From assembly GCA_964016885.1 (NCBI GenBank), contig OZ024750.1, positions 54,064,001-54,128,000 on the forward strand: DNA of 64,000 nt. The letters run 5' to 3'. The stretch is from Eledone cirrhosa (Eukaryota). Below the pieces are notes generated by a model, which made no database searches, was not told where the DNA came from, and saw only the letters and a list, made by a program, of their open reading frames with translations. The position numbers and the translations under genes are program-made. Below, piece after piece: positions 1 through 13,319 of this stretch (within the stretch, counting starts at the first letter, position 1; each line of letters starts with the position of its first letter).

Positions 1-1546
1 TTCTGCCTGTTGTGGGCAAACTGTTGTTTGTTTAAGTTCTTCTAACCATTCAGTGTTCTTCTTGTATTCCTTCTCTTTACTCCAAATGTCGCTCTGAAAT
101 GTCCATGTTATCCGGTATAATTACTTCATCTGTACACTCTCCATTTATTTCTCAGTAAAATCTCTGTTGGTTTACTCTGTAGTCTATTTTGATGATTTTG
201 CTTTATACTTTATTTGTATCTAACTATCTTTGCTTTTTTTACTATGAGACGTTGCTTGAGTTCCTCCATTTCTACTTTTAGGCCTTTCCTTTCAATACCA
301 TACTTTCTTTCCAGTGCTCTGTATTTTTCTTTTCATTTCTAAGCTCCCTCTTCTCTTTTCGGACTAAGATAGAAATGTCTTTTAAGAGGGTATCTATACT
401 GGCCTGTATTCTCCTTTTCCACCATGCCCCCCCCCCCTATTTTTTCCGTCTCCCTTATTGTTTTTCTTTGCCTTGACATCTACACCCATATTTTCTACTA
501 CAACAATGCTTGCTGACTTTATCAGATCATTTAAATCTGTTATATTTGTTTTGATGTAATTCAGAATATCCTTCACCTGTTTCTTGGTTCAGCTTGCATT
601 AGTCAACCTTCTTTAGGTTACAAATAAGATTCCTATTGTCCTCCTGTAACCTTTATTCTGTCGTACATTACCCACACCTGTCATGTTTTTATTACTTTCA
701 TTGTCTTCCATACCATCTATATTTCTCTCACCAGACAAACAATTTCTAACCTATTTCTGTAGATTACCAGAAATCTATTCTTCCTCTGCTGTAGTTTACT
801 TTTCCTCAGTAAGACCTTCATTCTCACCATTTCTTTCATTGCTCTTTCCTGATACCCGTCTTTTGATAGCTTCAAATTCCACTTCTGTCAACCAGAGATT
901 TTTTTCTTATTGCTATATGGAGGCACATGGCTTAGTGGTTAGAGCATTGTCCTTGCAATCGAAAGGTTGTGAGTTCAATTCTCAGACCGGGTGATGTGTT
1001 GTTTCCTTGAGCAAGACACTTTATTTCACATTGCTCCAGTTTACTCAACTGTAGAAATGAGATGATAGGACTGGGGTCCCTATCATTCCACTGCAAAGTG
1101 GTCGTGGAGGTGCCATCGCAAAAAAGCACCCAGCCCACACTGTAAGTGAGGTTGGTGTTAGGAAGGGCATCCAGCTGTAGAAATCAAGCCAGAATCAGTT
1201 CCCGTCCCACCCTTGCAAGCAGGGAAAAAGCGGACGTAAAATGATGATGATGATGATGATGCTCTGGCATGGTCACATAACTTCTGCTCTGTGAGTTGAA
1301 ACAAGCCTCTTCCGCTCCATTTTTTATATATTTCTTGTCAGTATCCTTTGATAGGGACCCCATTTTCATCTACTTCTACAGGATTGCTTCATGACTACAA
1401 TATTTACTTTTTTACTCCACCTCCATCATGGTTGCTTATCCATTGCTGAATAACGACTTGCTGGAGCCAGACCAGGTACTCCAAGTCTGTCAGGCACAAT
1501 ATCTTCACCTTCGAGGGGTCCACTCCCGTTAATGCCATTGTTCTCA
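1..1546 (-). mobile_element. Decayed 5' part of an R4/Dong-like (RLE-type) non-LTR retrotransposon, interrupted by a SINE at 915-1260
   Basis: Minus-strand translation joins across the SINE: ...GVPIKGY*QEIYKKWSGRGLFQLTEQKLCDHARA | IRKNLWLTEVEFEAIKR..., then PWWKRRIQAS and KVEMEELKQRL. This resembles the N-terminal region of R4/Dong-like ORFs. Stops and frameshifts present. Confidence 0.7.
915..1260 (+). mobile_element. tRNA-derived SINE with CORE-like body, RTE-derived bipartite 3' part and (TGA)n tail
   Basis: A box TGGCTTAGTGG, B box GAGTTCAATTC, body ccttgagcaagacactttatttcac. The segment ggtgttaggaagggcatcca and the tail cccgtcccaccc...gcggacgtaaaatgatgatg match the RTE at 38387-41600. 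Confidence 0.85.
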
Positions 1547-1713
1547 ATTTTTTTTTAATTTAACATAATCACTCATACGAGGAAGAAAAAATTGATTTAA
1601 CATGAGGTAGCAATTATTAGGTTGTGCAACTACCAGTATATAGTGACACCATCACTATTGTTGTTATTATTAAAACATCATCACTATCAAACTCATTATC
1701 ACCACTATTGTTA

Positions 1714-2538
1714 TCTATATTACTAAAACAGAGAATGTCTGTCTGTCTGTCTGTCCAATCACTAAAACTTGAGAGCCACCCAATCGAGTTTTTCCAAACT
1801 TTACACATGTAATACTTATGGTCCGGTGAGTGTTTTGAGCAAAAATTTCAAATTATTAATGCCCTAGGGATCGCATTAGGCGATTTAGCGATCTCTCTCT
1901 ATAATTCTTAGTCTTTCTATTTTTAGATAGATACATAGATATTACGTTGCGCCCTTATAATATCTGTCTGTATGCCTGGCTGTCTGCATTACGAAATTAT
2001 GACGTAGCTGTGTGTGTATATATATATATAGTGTGTAACGTTTTTCGAAATATTTACTTCTGCGTTCACAGATTGATTTTTTTTATTTTAGTTTCAGAAG
2101 ATGCCGTTAAGGGTGAAAGCAGCGATTCTTTGCTTAAACTTTAATCTGTTATTATAATATATATATATATTAAGTGAGGTTGGTGTTAGGAAGGGCATCT
2201 AGCTGTAGAAATCGAGCCAGAATCAGTTCCCGTCCCAACCTTGCAAGGGAAAAGCGGACGTAAAATGATGATGATGATGATGCTCTGGCATGGTCACATA
2301 ACTTCTGCTCTGTGAGTTGAAACAAGCCTCTTCCTCTCCATTTTTTATATATTTCTTGTCAGTATCCTTTGATAGAGACCCCATTATATATATATATTTG
2401 TGTACAGATATTTTTGCATACACAATAACAAAATATAAATAAACGTATTTATTTCACGAGGCTCGATAAGGATAAATATATATCAAATATATAAGAACCC
2501 TAGAGCAAATCCCGAGCAACGCCGGGCCATTCTGCTAG
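1714..2538 (+). mobile_element. Non-autonomous Helitron
   Basis: 5' A|TCTATATTACTAAAA followed by (GTCT)n; 3' hairpin cccgagcaacgccggg then CTAG|T; inserted in an AT dinucleotide with no TSD. Confidence 0.8.
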
Positions 2539-2639
2539 TTACCACTATTATTGTAAACCACTTTTTCTTCGGAGAAAATAATTTTTTTTTTTTTTTTTTT
2601 ATTCGTAACACTTTTGTTCTAGCAGATGCTATGCTGACA

Positions 2640-4530
2640 CTATGCCAAAAGAGTGAGCCTCAGCCAATGATCAAACATCCTTTGGGTCATTTCTTCTTCA
2701 AATTTCTAATACCCACCTTAGAAACCTTGCTATTCCTAGCAAGGTTGTTTTCTGCAACAATCCTGTCCTAGTGGTAATTCCTAGCCTCTCAAGCCATGTA
2801 TCTAACCTTTTACTAACTACTCCCAGTGTACCAACCACAGTCAGTACCACTACTACATGTCTAACCTACTAACTACTCCCAGTACACCAACCACAGTCAG
2901 TACCACTTCTACATGTCTAACCTACTAACTACTCCCAGTGTACCAACCACAGTCGGTACCACTTCTACATGTCTAACCTACTAACTACTCCCAGTACACT
3001 AACCACAGTTGGTACCACTACTACATGTCTAACCTACTAACTACTCCCAGTACACCAACCACAGTCAGTACCACTTCTACATGTCTAACCTACTAACTAC
3101 TCCCAGTGTACCAACCACAGTTGGTACCACTTCTACATGTCTAACCTACTAACTACTCCCAGTGTACCAACCACAGTCAGTACCACTTCTACATGTCTGA
3201 CCTACTAACTACTCCCAGTGTACCAACCACAGTCAGTACCACTTCTACATGTCTGACCTACTAACTACTCCCAGTGTACCAACCACAGTCAGTACCACTT
3301 CTACATGTCTAACCTACTAACTACTCCCAGTGTACCAACCACAGTCAGTACCACTTCTACATGTCTAACCTACTAACTACTCCCAGTGTACCAACCACAG
3401 TCAGTACCACTTCTACATGTCTGACCTACTAACTACTCCCAGTGTACCAACCACAGTCAGTACCACTTCTACATGTCTAACCTACTAACTACTCCCAGTA
3501 CACCAACCACAGTCAGTACCACTTCTACATGTCTAACCTACTAACTACTCCCAGTACACCAACCACAGTTGGTACCACTTCTACATGTCTAACCTACTAA
3601 CTACTCCCAGTACACCAACCACAGTTGGTACCACTTCTACATGTCTAACCTACTAACTACTCCCAGTGTACCAACCACAGTTGGTACCACTTCTACATGT
3701 CTAACCTACTAACATCTCCCAGTACACCAACCACAGTTGGTACCACTACTACATGTCTAACCTACTAACTACTCCCAGTACACCAACCACAGTTGGTACC
3801 ACTACTACATGTCTGACCTACTAACTACTCCCAGTGTACCAACCACAGTTGGTACCACTTCTACATGTCTAACCTACTAACTACTCCCAGTGTACCAACC
3901 ACAGTTGGTACCACTACTACATGTCTGACCTACTAACTACTCCCAGTGTACCAACCACTTCTATGAGTCTGATTTCCCTCTTCCACTCCTGGTATTTCTC
4001 AACTCTCTCCTTTCCTTCTTATTCACCCTGTGGTCCTATGGTGAAGTAATATCTACAATACTTGCCTTGTTATTCTTCTCTCTACGACAACAATGTCAGG
4101 CTTTCTAGCCATGATAAAATGGTTGCACTGGAGGGTCATATCCCACATGATCTGATACACCCTTTCCTGTTGAGGTTCATACCATTTCTCACTTCTACTC
4201 ATGTCACATGACACAGCTTCCAATGAACCTGCTAATGTTGTCGAACCTTCTTTTATACTCTTTCTGGGCAAGCATCTTACATTCACTGAGAATGTGGTTT
4301 ATTGTTTCACCTTTCTCACTACACAACCTACATAATGGGGCATTCACTGACTTGTCAATATTGAACTTGATATAGTTCATTCTAGGTGCCTGTTCCTGGG
4401 CTGTGAAAATAAGGGCCTCGGTTTCAACTTTTAAGTCACTTTTCCGCATCCATTCCCAGTTTCTATCTTTGTCCCAGGCATTTCACATAAGAATTGACCA
4501 TACATATTTTTTATCTTCCATCCTCTTTTT
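2640..4530 (-). mobile_element. 3' part of an R4/Dong-like LINE (CCHC finger plus restriction-like endonuclease), decayed
   Basis: ETEALIFTAQEQA, CRLCSEKGETINHILSEC, ARKPDIVVVE, VVGTLGVVSKRLDTWLERLGI, LQKTTLLG. Confidence 0.85.
2811..3958. repeat. 56-bp minisatellite, about 20 copies, inside the LINE endonuclease domain
   Basis: Unit tactaactactcccagtgtaccaaccacagtcagtaccacttctacatgtctaacc, starting at 2811, 2867 and onward. Confidence 0.95.
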
Positions 4531-4785
4531 GCCGATGTTTTTGCAAATATCTTCAAGGAGGACGATGGCAGAGAACTTCCAAATCTAAATCTAAACATGA
4601 TCGCCCCACCGTCAGACCGGACGAGGTGGAAAAGTTGCTTTTGTCCTTAGATGTGAATAAGGGGCATGGTCCAGACGGTCTACATCCAGCGATTTAGGGT
4701 GCAGTTGCACCCAACCTTGCTAAACCTCTAGCCACACTGTTTAACCTATCATTGGCTACCGGAGTTGTTCCTGCCGACTGGACAG
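4530..4785 (+). mobile_element. CR1/L2-like LINE fragment (start of RT)
   Basis: EVEKLLLSLDVNKGHGPDGLHPAI*GAVAPNLAKPLATLFNLSLATGVVPADW. Confidence 0.8.
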
Positions 4786-5098
4786 AAAATGGTGGGCAAT
4801 TGGAAATTTTAGTGGATGATATAGGATTTTGAGTATTAAGAAGGTATTTCAACCATATGCTACCCAACAAAAATATTAAAAGGGGATATATGAAGAACCA
4901 GTATACAGGATGCTAAATGGGATAACAAACCATTAACACACTTTTATTAAACATTTTTGTATGCTTTTGAATATTTATTATAGATGTGGGCAGTAGAAAC
5001 ATTGGAACCCCTCAGCTACATCTATTCTATATTCTCACATTGTCTTTTTCTTTCTCTATTTCAGAGTGATACACTGAAGTGAGAGCTGTGTACTGTAA

Positions 5099-5303
5099 TA
5101 CTACTACTGTTGCTGCTGCTGCTGCTGCTACTACTACTACTACTACTACTACTATTACAGTAGTAGTCTACTACTACAACTACTACTACAACTACTACTA
5201 CTACTACAACTACTACTACAACTACAACTACTACTACTACTACAACAACTACAACTACTACTACTACAACTACTACTACTACAACTACTACTACAACTAC
5301 TAT
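5099..5303. repeat. (CTG)n/(CTA/CAA)n trinucleotide microsatellite
   Basis: Directly visible; explains the poly-V and poly-Y ORFs. Confidence 0.95.
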
Positions 5304-5801
5304 TGAATGAAGTTCTTCAAAACAACACACCCCCACCAATACCCAGTCCCTTCATTTCCACCTTTTTATTTTGTTTGTTTGTTTTTCTACATCTCAGCCC
5401 CCCCCCCCCCCCTCCAGCACCCCCACATACACACACACCCTCCACACATCCTCCCACCTTCCAGTACCCCCACCCCCTCCACACCTCCCACCCTCCACAC
5501 CCTCCACACCACTTTCACCATGTTTCTTTCAAGTATGTTGTCAGACCAGTTTTAAACAACTGCTGTATTGATTGACCATGACTGATGGTTTGGTTGGTGG
5601 CTAGCTATGATGGTGTCTTAGGTGGCCAGGGATCTGGTGGGGGTGGGGAGGTTCCTTGCCTTGCTTCACTTGTCAGTTTTCATCATCAGCTATCACCATG
5701 GAAACAAAAACATGAAAACCATTATTTCATTATTTACCTCCTCCTCGATTTTTTTACCAGCTTGAAAAACTCTAGCAAGCAATGTTTTTCTGTTAACAGC
5801 A

Positions 5802-8800
5802 ACCTGCAGCTCCCCTCAACCCCACCTGCAGCTCCCCTCAACCCCACCTGCAGCTCCCCTCAACCCCACCTGCAGCTCCCCTCAACCCCACCTGCAGCTC
5901 CCCTCAACCCCACCTGCAGCTCCCCTCAACCCCACCTGCAGCTCCCCTCAACCCCACCTGCAGCTCCCCTCAACCCCACCTACTGCTCCCCTCAACCCCA
6001 CCTGCAGCTCCCCTCAACCCCACCTGCAGCTCCCCTCAACCCCACCTGCAGCTCCCCTAAACCCCACCTGCAGCTCCCCTCAACCCCACCTACTGCTCCC
6101 CTCAACCCCACCTACTGCTCCCCTCAACCCCACCTGCAGCTCCCCTCAACCCCACCTACAGCTCCCCTCAACCCCACCTACTGCTCCCCTCAACCCCACC
6201 TACAGCTCCCCTCAACCCTACCTACAGCTCCCCTCAACCCCACCTGCAGCTCCCCTCAACCCCACCTACAGCTCCCCTCAACTCCACCTACTGCTCCCCT
6301 CAACCCCACCTACTGCTCCCCTCAACCCTACCTACAGCTCCCCTCAACCCCACCTACAGCTCCCCTCAACCCTACCTACAGCTCCCCTCAACCCCACCTG
6401 CAGCTCCCCTCAACCCCACCTGCAGCTCCCCTCAACCCCACCTACTGCTCCCCTCAACCCCACCTACTGCTCCCCTCGACCCCACCTACAGCTCCCCTCA
6501 ACCCCACCTACTGCTCCCCTCAACCCCACCTACTGCTCCCCTCAACCCCACCTGCAGCTCCCCTCAACCCCACCTACTGCTCCCCTCAACCCCACCTGCA
6601 TCTCCCCTCAACCCCACCTGCAGCTCCCCTCAACCCCACCTGCACATCCCCTCAACCCCACCTGCAGCTCCCCTCAACCCCACCTACTGCTCCCCTCAAC
6701 CCCACCTGCAGCTCCCCTCAACCCCACTACTGCTCCCCTCAACCCCACCTACAGCTCCCCTCAACCCCACCTGCAGCTCCCCTCAACCCCACCTGCAGCT
6801 CCCCTCAACCCCACCTACAGCTCCCCTCAACCCCACCTGCAGCTCCCCTCAACCCCAGCTACTGCTCCCCTCAACCCCACCTACAGCTCCCCTCAACCCC
6901 ACCTGCAGCTCCCCTCAACCCCACCTGCAGCTCCCCTCAACCCCACCTACAGCTCCCCGCAACCCCACCTACTCCTCCCCTCAACCCCACCTGCAGCTCC
7001 CCTCAACCCCACCTACAGCTCCCCTCAACCCCACCTGCACATCCCCTCAACCCCACCTGCAGCTCCCCTCAACCCCACCTGCAGCTCCCCTCAACCCCAC
7101 CTGCAGCTCCCCTCAACCCCACCTACAGCTCCCCTCAACCCCACCTGCAGCTCCCCTCAACCCCACCTACTGCTCCCCTCAACCCCACCTGCAGCTCCCC
7201 TCAACCCCACCTACAGCTCCCCTCAACCCCACCTACTGCTCCCCTCAACCCCACTTGCAGCTCCCCTCAACCCCACCTACTGCTCCCCTCAACCCCACCT
7301 GCACATCCCCTCAACCCCACCTGCAGCTCCCCTCAACCCCACCTACAGCTCCCCTCAACCCCACCTGCACATCCCCTCAACCCCACCTGCAGCTCCCCTC
7401 AACCCCACCTGCAGCTCCCCTCAACCCCACCTACAGCTCCCCTCAACCCCACCTGCAGCTCCCCTCAACCCCACCTACTGCTCCCCTCAACTCCACCTGC
7501 AGCTCCCCTCAACCCCACCTACAGCTCCCCTCAACCCCACCTACTGCTCCCCTCAACCCCACCTACTGCTCCCCTCAACCCCACCTACAGCTCCCCTCAA
7601 CCCCACCTACTGCTCCCCTCAACTCCACCTGCAGCTCCCCTCAACCCCACCTACTGCTCCCCTCAACCCCACCTACTGCTCCCCTCAACTCCACCTACAG
7701 CTCCTCTCAACCCCACCTACTGCTCCCCTCAACTCCACCTACAGCTCCCCTCAACCCCACCTACTGCTCCCCTCAACCCCACCTGCAGCTCCCCTCAACC
7801 CCACCTACTGCTCCCCTCAACTCCACCTGCAGCTCCCCTCAACCCCACCTACTGCTCCCCTCAACCCCACCTGCAGCTCCCCTCGACCCCACCTGCAGCT
7901 CCCCTCAACCCCACCTACAGCTCCCCTCAACCCCACCTGCAGCTCCCCTCAACCCCACCTGCAGCTCCCCTCAACCCCACCTGCAGCTCCCCTCAACCCC
8001 ACCTGCACATCCCCTCAACCCCACCTACTGCTCCCCTCAACCCCACCTACAGCTCCCCTCAACTCCACCTACTGCTCCCCTCAACCCCACCTACAGCTCC
8101 CCTCAACCTCACCTACTGCTCCCCTCAACCCCACCTACTGCTCCCCTCAACCCCACCTACTGCTCCCCTCAACCCCACCTACAGCTCCCCTCAACCTCAC
8201 CTACTGCTCCCCTCAACCCCACCTACTGCTCCCCTCAACCTCACCTACTGCTCCCCTCAACCCCACCTACTGCTCCCCTCAACCCCACCTACTGCTCCCC
8301 TCAACCCCACCTACTGCTCCCCTCAACCCCACCTACAGCTCCCCTCAACCCCACCTACAGCTCCCCTCAACCCCACCTACAGCTCCCCTCAACCCCACCT
8401 ACTGCTCCCCTCAACCCCACCTACAGCTCCCCTCAACCCCACCTGCAGCTCCCCTCAACTCCACCTACTGCTCCCCTCAACCCCACCTACAGCTCCCCTC
8501 AACCCCACCTACTGCTCCCCTCAACCCCACCTACAGCTCCCCTCAACCCCACCTACTGCTCCCCTCAACCCCACCTACAGCTCCCCTCAACCCCACCTGC
8601 ACATCCCCTCAACCCCACCTGCAGCTCCCCTCAACCCCACCTACTGCTCCCCTCAACTCCACCTACAGCTCCCCTCAACCCCACCTACTGCTCCCCTCAA
8701 CCCCACCTACAGCTCCCCTCAACCCCACCTGCAGCTCCCCTCGACCCCACCTGCAGCTCCCCTCAACCCCACCTACTGCTCCCCTCAACTCCACCTACAG

Positions 8801-11800
8801 CTCCCCTCAACCCCACCTACTGCTCCCCTCAACCCCACCTGCAGCTCCCCTCGACCCCACCTGCAGCTCCCCTCGACCCCACCTGCAGCTCCCCTCAACC
8901 CCACCTACAGCTCCCCTCAACCCCACCTGCACATCCCCTCAACCCCACCTACAGCTCCCCTCAACCTCACCTACTGCTCCCCTCAACCCCACCTACTGCT
9001 CCCCTCAACCCCACCTACAGCTCCCCTCAACCCCACCTACTGCTCCCCTCAACCCCACCTACAGCTCCCCTCAACCCCACCTACTGCTCCCCTCAACCCC
9101 ACCTGCAGCTCCCCTCAACCCCACCTACAGCTCCCCTCAACCTCACCTACAGCTCCCCTCAACCCCACCTACTGCTCCCCTCAACCCCACCTGCAGCTCC
9201 CCTCAACCCCACCTACAGCTCCCCTCAACCTCACCTACAGCTCCCCTCAACCCCACCTACTGCTCCCCTCAACCCCACCTACAGCTCCCCTCAACCCCAC
9301 CTACTGCTCCCCTCAACCCCACCTACAGCTCCCCTCAACCCCACCTACTGCTCCCCTCAACCCCACCTACTGCTCCCCTCAACCCCACCTGCACATCCCC
9401 TCAACCCCACCTACAGCTCCCCTCAACCTCACCTACTGCTCCCCTCAACCCCACCTACTGCTCCCCTCAACCCCACCTGCAGCTCCCCTCAACCCCACCT
9501 ACTGCTCCCCTCAACCCCACCTACTGCTCCCCTCAACCCCACCTACAGCTCCCCTCAACCCCACCTGCAGCTCCCCTCAACCCCACCTGCAGCTCCCCTC
9601 AACTCCACCTACTGCTCCCCTCAACCCCACCTACAGCTCCCCTCAACCCCACCTACTGCTCCCCTCAACCCCACCTGCAGCTCCCCTCAACCCCACCTAC
9701 TGCTCCCCTCAACCCCACCTACAGCTCCCCTCAACCCCACCTGCAGCTCCCCTCAACCCCACCTGCAGCTCCCCTCAACTCCACCTACTGCTCCCCTCAA
9801 CCCCACCTGCAGCTCCCCTCAACCCCACCTACTGCTCCCCTCAACCCCACCTACTGCTCCCCTCAACCCCACCTGCAGCTCCCCTCAACCCCACCTACTG
9901 CTCCCCTCAACCCCACCTACTGCTCCCCTCAACCCCACCTGCACATCCCCTCAACCCCACCTGCAGCTCCCCTCAACCCCACCTACTGCTCCCCTCAACC
10001 CCACCTGAACATCCCCTCAACCCCACCTACAGCTCCCCTCAACTCCACCTACTGCTCCCCTCAACCCCACCTACAGCTCCCCTCAACCCCACCTACAGCT
10101 CCCCTCAACCCCACCTGAACATCCCCTCAACCCCACCTGCAGCTCCCCTCAACCCCACCTACTGCTCCCCTCAACCCCACCTGAACATCCCCTCAACCCC
10201 ACCTACAGCTCCCCTCAACCCCACCTACAGCTCCCCTCAACCCCACCTGAACATCCCCTCAACCCCACCTGCAGCTCCCCTCAACCCCACCTACTGCTCC
10301 CCTCAACCCCACCTGCAGCTCCCCTCAACCCCACCTGCAGCTCCCCTCAACTCCACCTACTGCTCCCCTCAACCCCACCTACTGCTCCCCTCAACCCCAC
10401 CTACTGCTCCCCTCAACCCCACCTGCAGCTCCCCTCAACTCCACCTACAGCTCCCCTCAACCCCACCTGCAGCTCCCCTCAACTCCACCTACAGCTCCCC
10501 TCAACCCCACCTGCAGCTCCCCTCAACTCCACCTACTGCTCCCCTCAACTCCACCTACTGCTCCCCTCAACCCCACCTGCAGCTCCCCTCAACCCCACCT
10601 ACTGCTCCCCTCAACCTCACCTACTGCTCCCCTCAACTCCACCTACAGCTCCCCTCAACTCCACCTACTGCTCCCCTCAACCCCACCTACAGCTCCCCTC
10701 AACTCCACCTACTGCTCCCCTCAACCCCACCTGCAGCTCCCCTCAACCCCACCTACAGCTCCCCTCAACTCCACCTACTGCTCCCCTCAACCCCACCTAC
10801 AGCTCCCCTCAACTCCACCTACTGCTCCCCTCAACCTCACCTACTGCTCCCCTCAACTCCACCTACTGCTCCCCTCAACCCCACCTACTGCTCCCCTCAA
10901 CCCCACCTACAGCTCCCCTCAACCCCACCTACTGCTCCCCTCAACCTCACCTACTGCTCCCCTCAACCCCACCTACAGCTCCCCTCAACTCCACCTACTG
11001 CTCCCCTCAACCCCACCTGCAGCTCCCCTCAACCCCACCTACTGCTCCCCTCAACCTCACCTACTGCTCCCCTCAACCCCACCTACAGCTCCCCTCAACT
11101 CCACCTACTGCTCCCCTCAACCCCACCTACAGCTCCCCTCAACTCCACCTACTGCTCCCCTCAACCCCACCTACAGCTCCCCTCAACTCCACCTACTGCT
11201 CCCCTCAACCCCACCTACAGCTCCCCTCAACTCCACCTACTGCTCCCCTCAACCCCACCTACAGCTCCCCTCAACTCCACCTACTGCTCCCCTCAACCCC
11301 ACCTACAGCTCCCCTCAACTCCACCTACAGCTCCCCTCAACTCCACCTACTGCTCCCCTCAACCCCACCTACAGCTCCCCTCAACTCCACCTACTGCTCC
11401 CCTCAACCCCACCTACAGCTCCCCTCAACTCCACCTACTGCTCCCCTCAACCCCACCTACAGCTCCCCTCAACTCCACCTACAGCTCCCCTCAACTCCAC
11501 CTACTGCTCCCCTCAACTCCACCTACTGCTCCCCTCAACCCCACCTACTGCTCCCCTCAACCCCACCTGCACATCCCCTCAACCCCACCTGCAGCTCCCC
11601 TCAACCCCACCTACTGCTCCCCTCAACCCCACCTACTGCTCCCCTCAACCCCACCTACAGCTCCCCTCAACTCCACCTACTGCTCCCCTCAACCCCACCT
11701 ACAGCTCCCCTCAACTCCACCTACTGCTCCCCTCAACCCCACCTACAGCTCCCCTCAACCCCACCTACTGCTCCCCTCAACCCCACCTACTGCTCCCCTC

Positions 11801-13213
11801 AACCCCACCTGAACATCCCCTCAACCCCACCTACAGCTCCCCTCAACTCCACCTACTGCTCTCCTCAACCCCACCTACTGCTTCCCTCAACCCCACCTAC
11901 AGCTCCCCTCAACCCCACCTACAGCTCCCCTCAACCCCACCTACAGCTCCCCTCAACCCCACCTACTGCTCCCCTCAACCCCACCTGAACATCCCCTCAA
12001 CCCCACCTACAGCTCCCCTCAACCCCACCTACTGCTCCCCTCAACTCCACCTGCAGCTCTCCTCAACCCCACCTACTGCTCCCCTCAACCCCACCTGCAC
12101 ATCCCCTCAACCCCACCTGCAGCTCCCCTCAACCCCACCTACTGCTCCCCTCAACTCCACCTGCAGCTCCCCTCAACCCCACCTACTGCTCCCCTCAACT
12201 CCACCTGCAGCTCTCCTCAACCCCACCTACTGCTCCCCTCAACCCCACCTGAACATCCCCTCAACCCCACCTGCAGCTCTCCTCAACCCCACCTACTGCT
12301 CCCCTCAACCCCACCTGAACATCCCCTCAACCCCACCTACTGCTCCCCTCAACCCCACCTACAGCTCCCCTCAACCCCACCTACTGCTCCCCTCAACCCC
12401 ACCTACAGCTCCCCTCAACCCCACCTACTGCTCCCCTCAACCCCACCTACAGCTCCCCTCAACCCCACCTACAGCTCCCCTCAACCCCACCTACTGCTCC
12501 CCTCAACCCCACCTACAGCTCCCCTCAACCCCACCTGCACATCCCCTCAACCCCACCTACAGCTCCCCTCAACCCCACCTACAGCTCCCCTCAACCCCAC
12601 CTACAGCTCCCCTCAACCCCACCTACTGCTCCCCTCAACCCCACCTGCAGCTCCCCTCAACCCCACCTGCACATCCCCTCAACCCCACCTACAGCTCCCC
12701 TCAACCCCACCTGCACATCCCCTCAACCCCACCTACAGCTCCCCTCAACCCCACCTACAGCTCCCCTCAACCCCACCTACAGCTCCCCTCAACCCCACCT
12801 ACTGCTCCCCTCAACCCCACCTGCAGCTCCCCTCAACCCCACCTGCACATCCCCTCAACCCCACCTACAGCTCCCCTCAACCCCACCTGCACATCCCCTC
12901 AACCCCACCTGCAGCTCCCCTCAACCCCACCTACTGCTCCCCTCAACCCCACCTACTGCTCCCCTCAACTCCACCTACTGCTCCCCTCAACCCCACCTAC
13001 TGCTCCCCTCAACCCCACCTACAGCTCCCCTCAACCCCACCTGCACATCCCCTCAACCCCACCTGCAGCTCCCCTCAACCCCACCTACTGCTCCCCTCAA
13101 CCCCACCTACTGCTCCCCTCAACCCCACCTACTGCTCCCCTCAACCCCACCTGCAGCTCCCCTCAACCCCACCTACTGCTCCCCTCAACCCCACCTACTG
13201 CTCCCCTCAACCC
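5802..13213. repeat. 22-bp minisatellite, about 335 copies (7.4 kb), C-rich on the + strand
   Basis: Unit ccccacct(gcagct/acagct/actgct/gcacat/gaacat)cccctcaa; period 22 (5811, 5833 and onward). Confidence 0.97.
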
Positions 13214-13319
13214 CTCCTCCCTACAATAATTACTACAAATAATGGACTTTTCATCACCATAATCTTCATTTAGTTTTTATCCCTATTTTTGGCTTTTTTT
13301 GTTGTTTTTTACACATCCA

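Noticed and set aside
915-990. tRNA genes at SINE heads (also 16434, 22934, 62240-62310)
   Set aside because: A and B boxes are present but there is no full cloverleaf, and they run into SINE bodies, several with TSDs.
1184-1369. His-tract ORFs duplicated at 2223-2423
   Set aside because: Poly-His is the reversed (TGA)n SINE tail, and the rest is off-frame LINE sequence.
2811-3958. CRISPR-like appearance of regular repeats (also 43080-43940, 47911-48561, 63235-64000)
   Set aside because: Head-to-tail units without unique spacers, no cas genes, and a eukaryotic context.
5061-5575. Poly-V, poly-Y and Pro/His-rich ORFs
   Set aside because: Translations of microsatellite and low-complexity DNA.
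5585-11812. 2075-aa and 917-aa Pro-rich ORFs resembling extensin or mucin
   Set aside because: The 22-bp unit has no stop in any plus frame, so long ORFs arise automatically. The same peptide appears in several frames and ends at the tgaacat variant.
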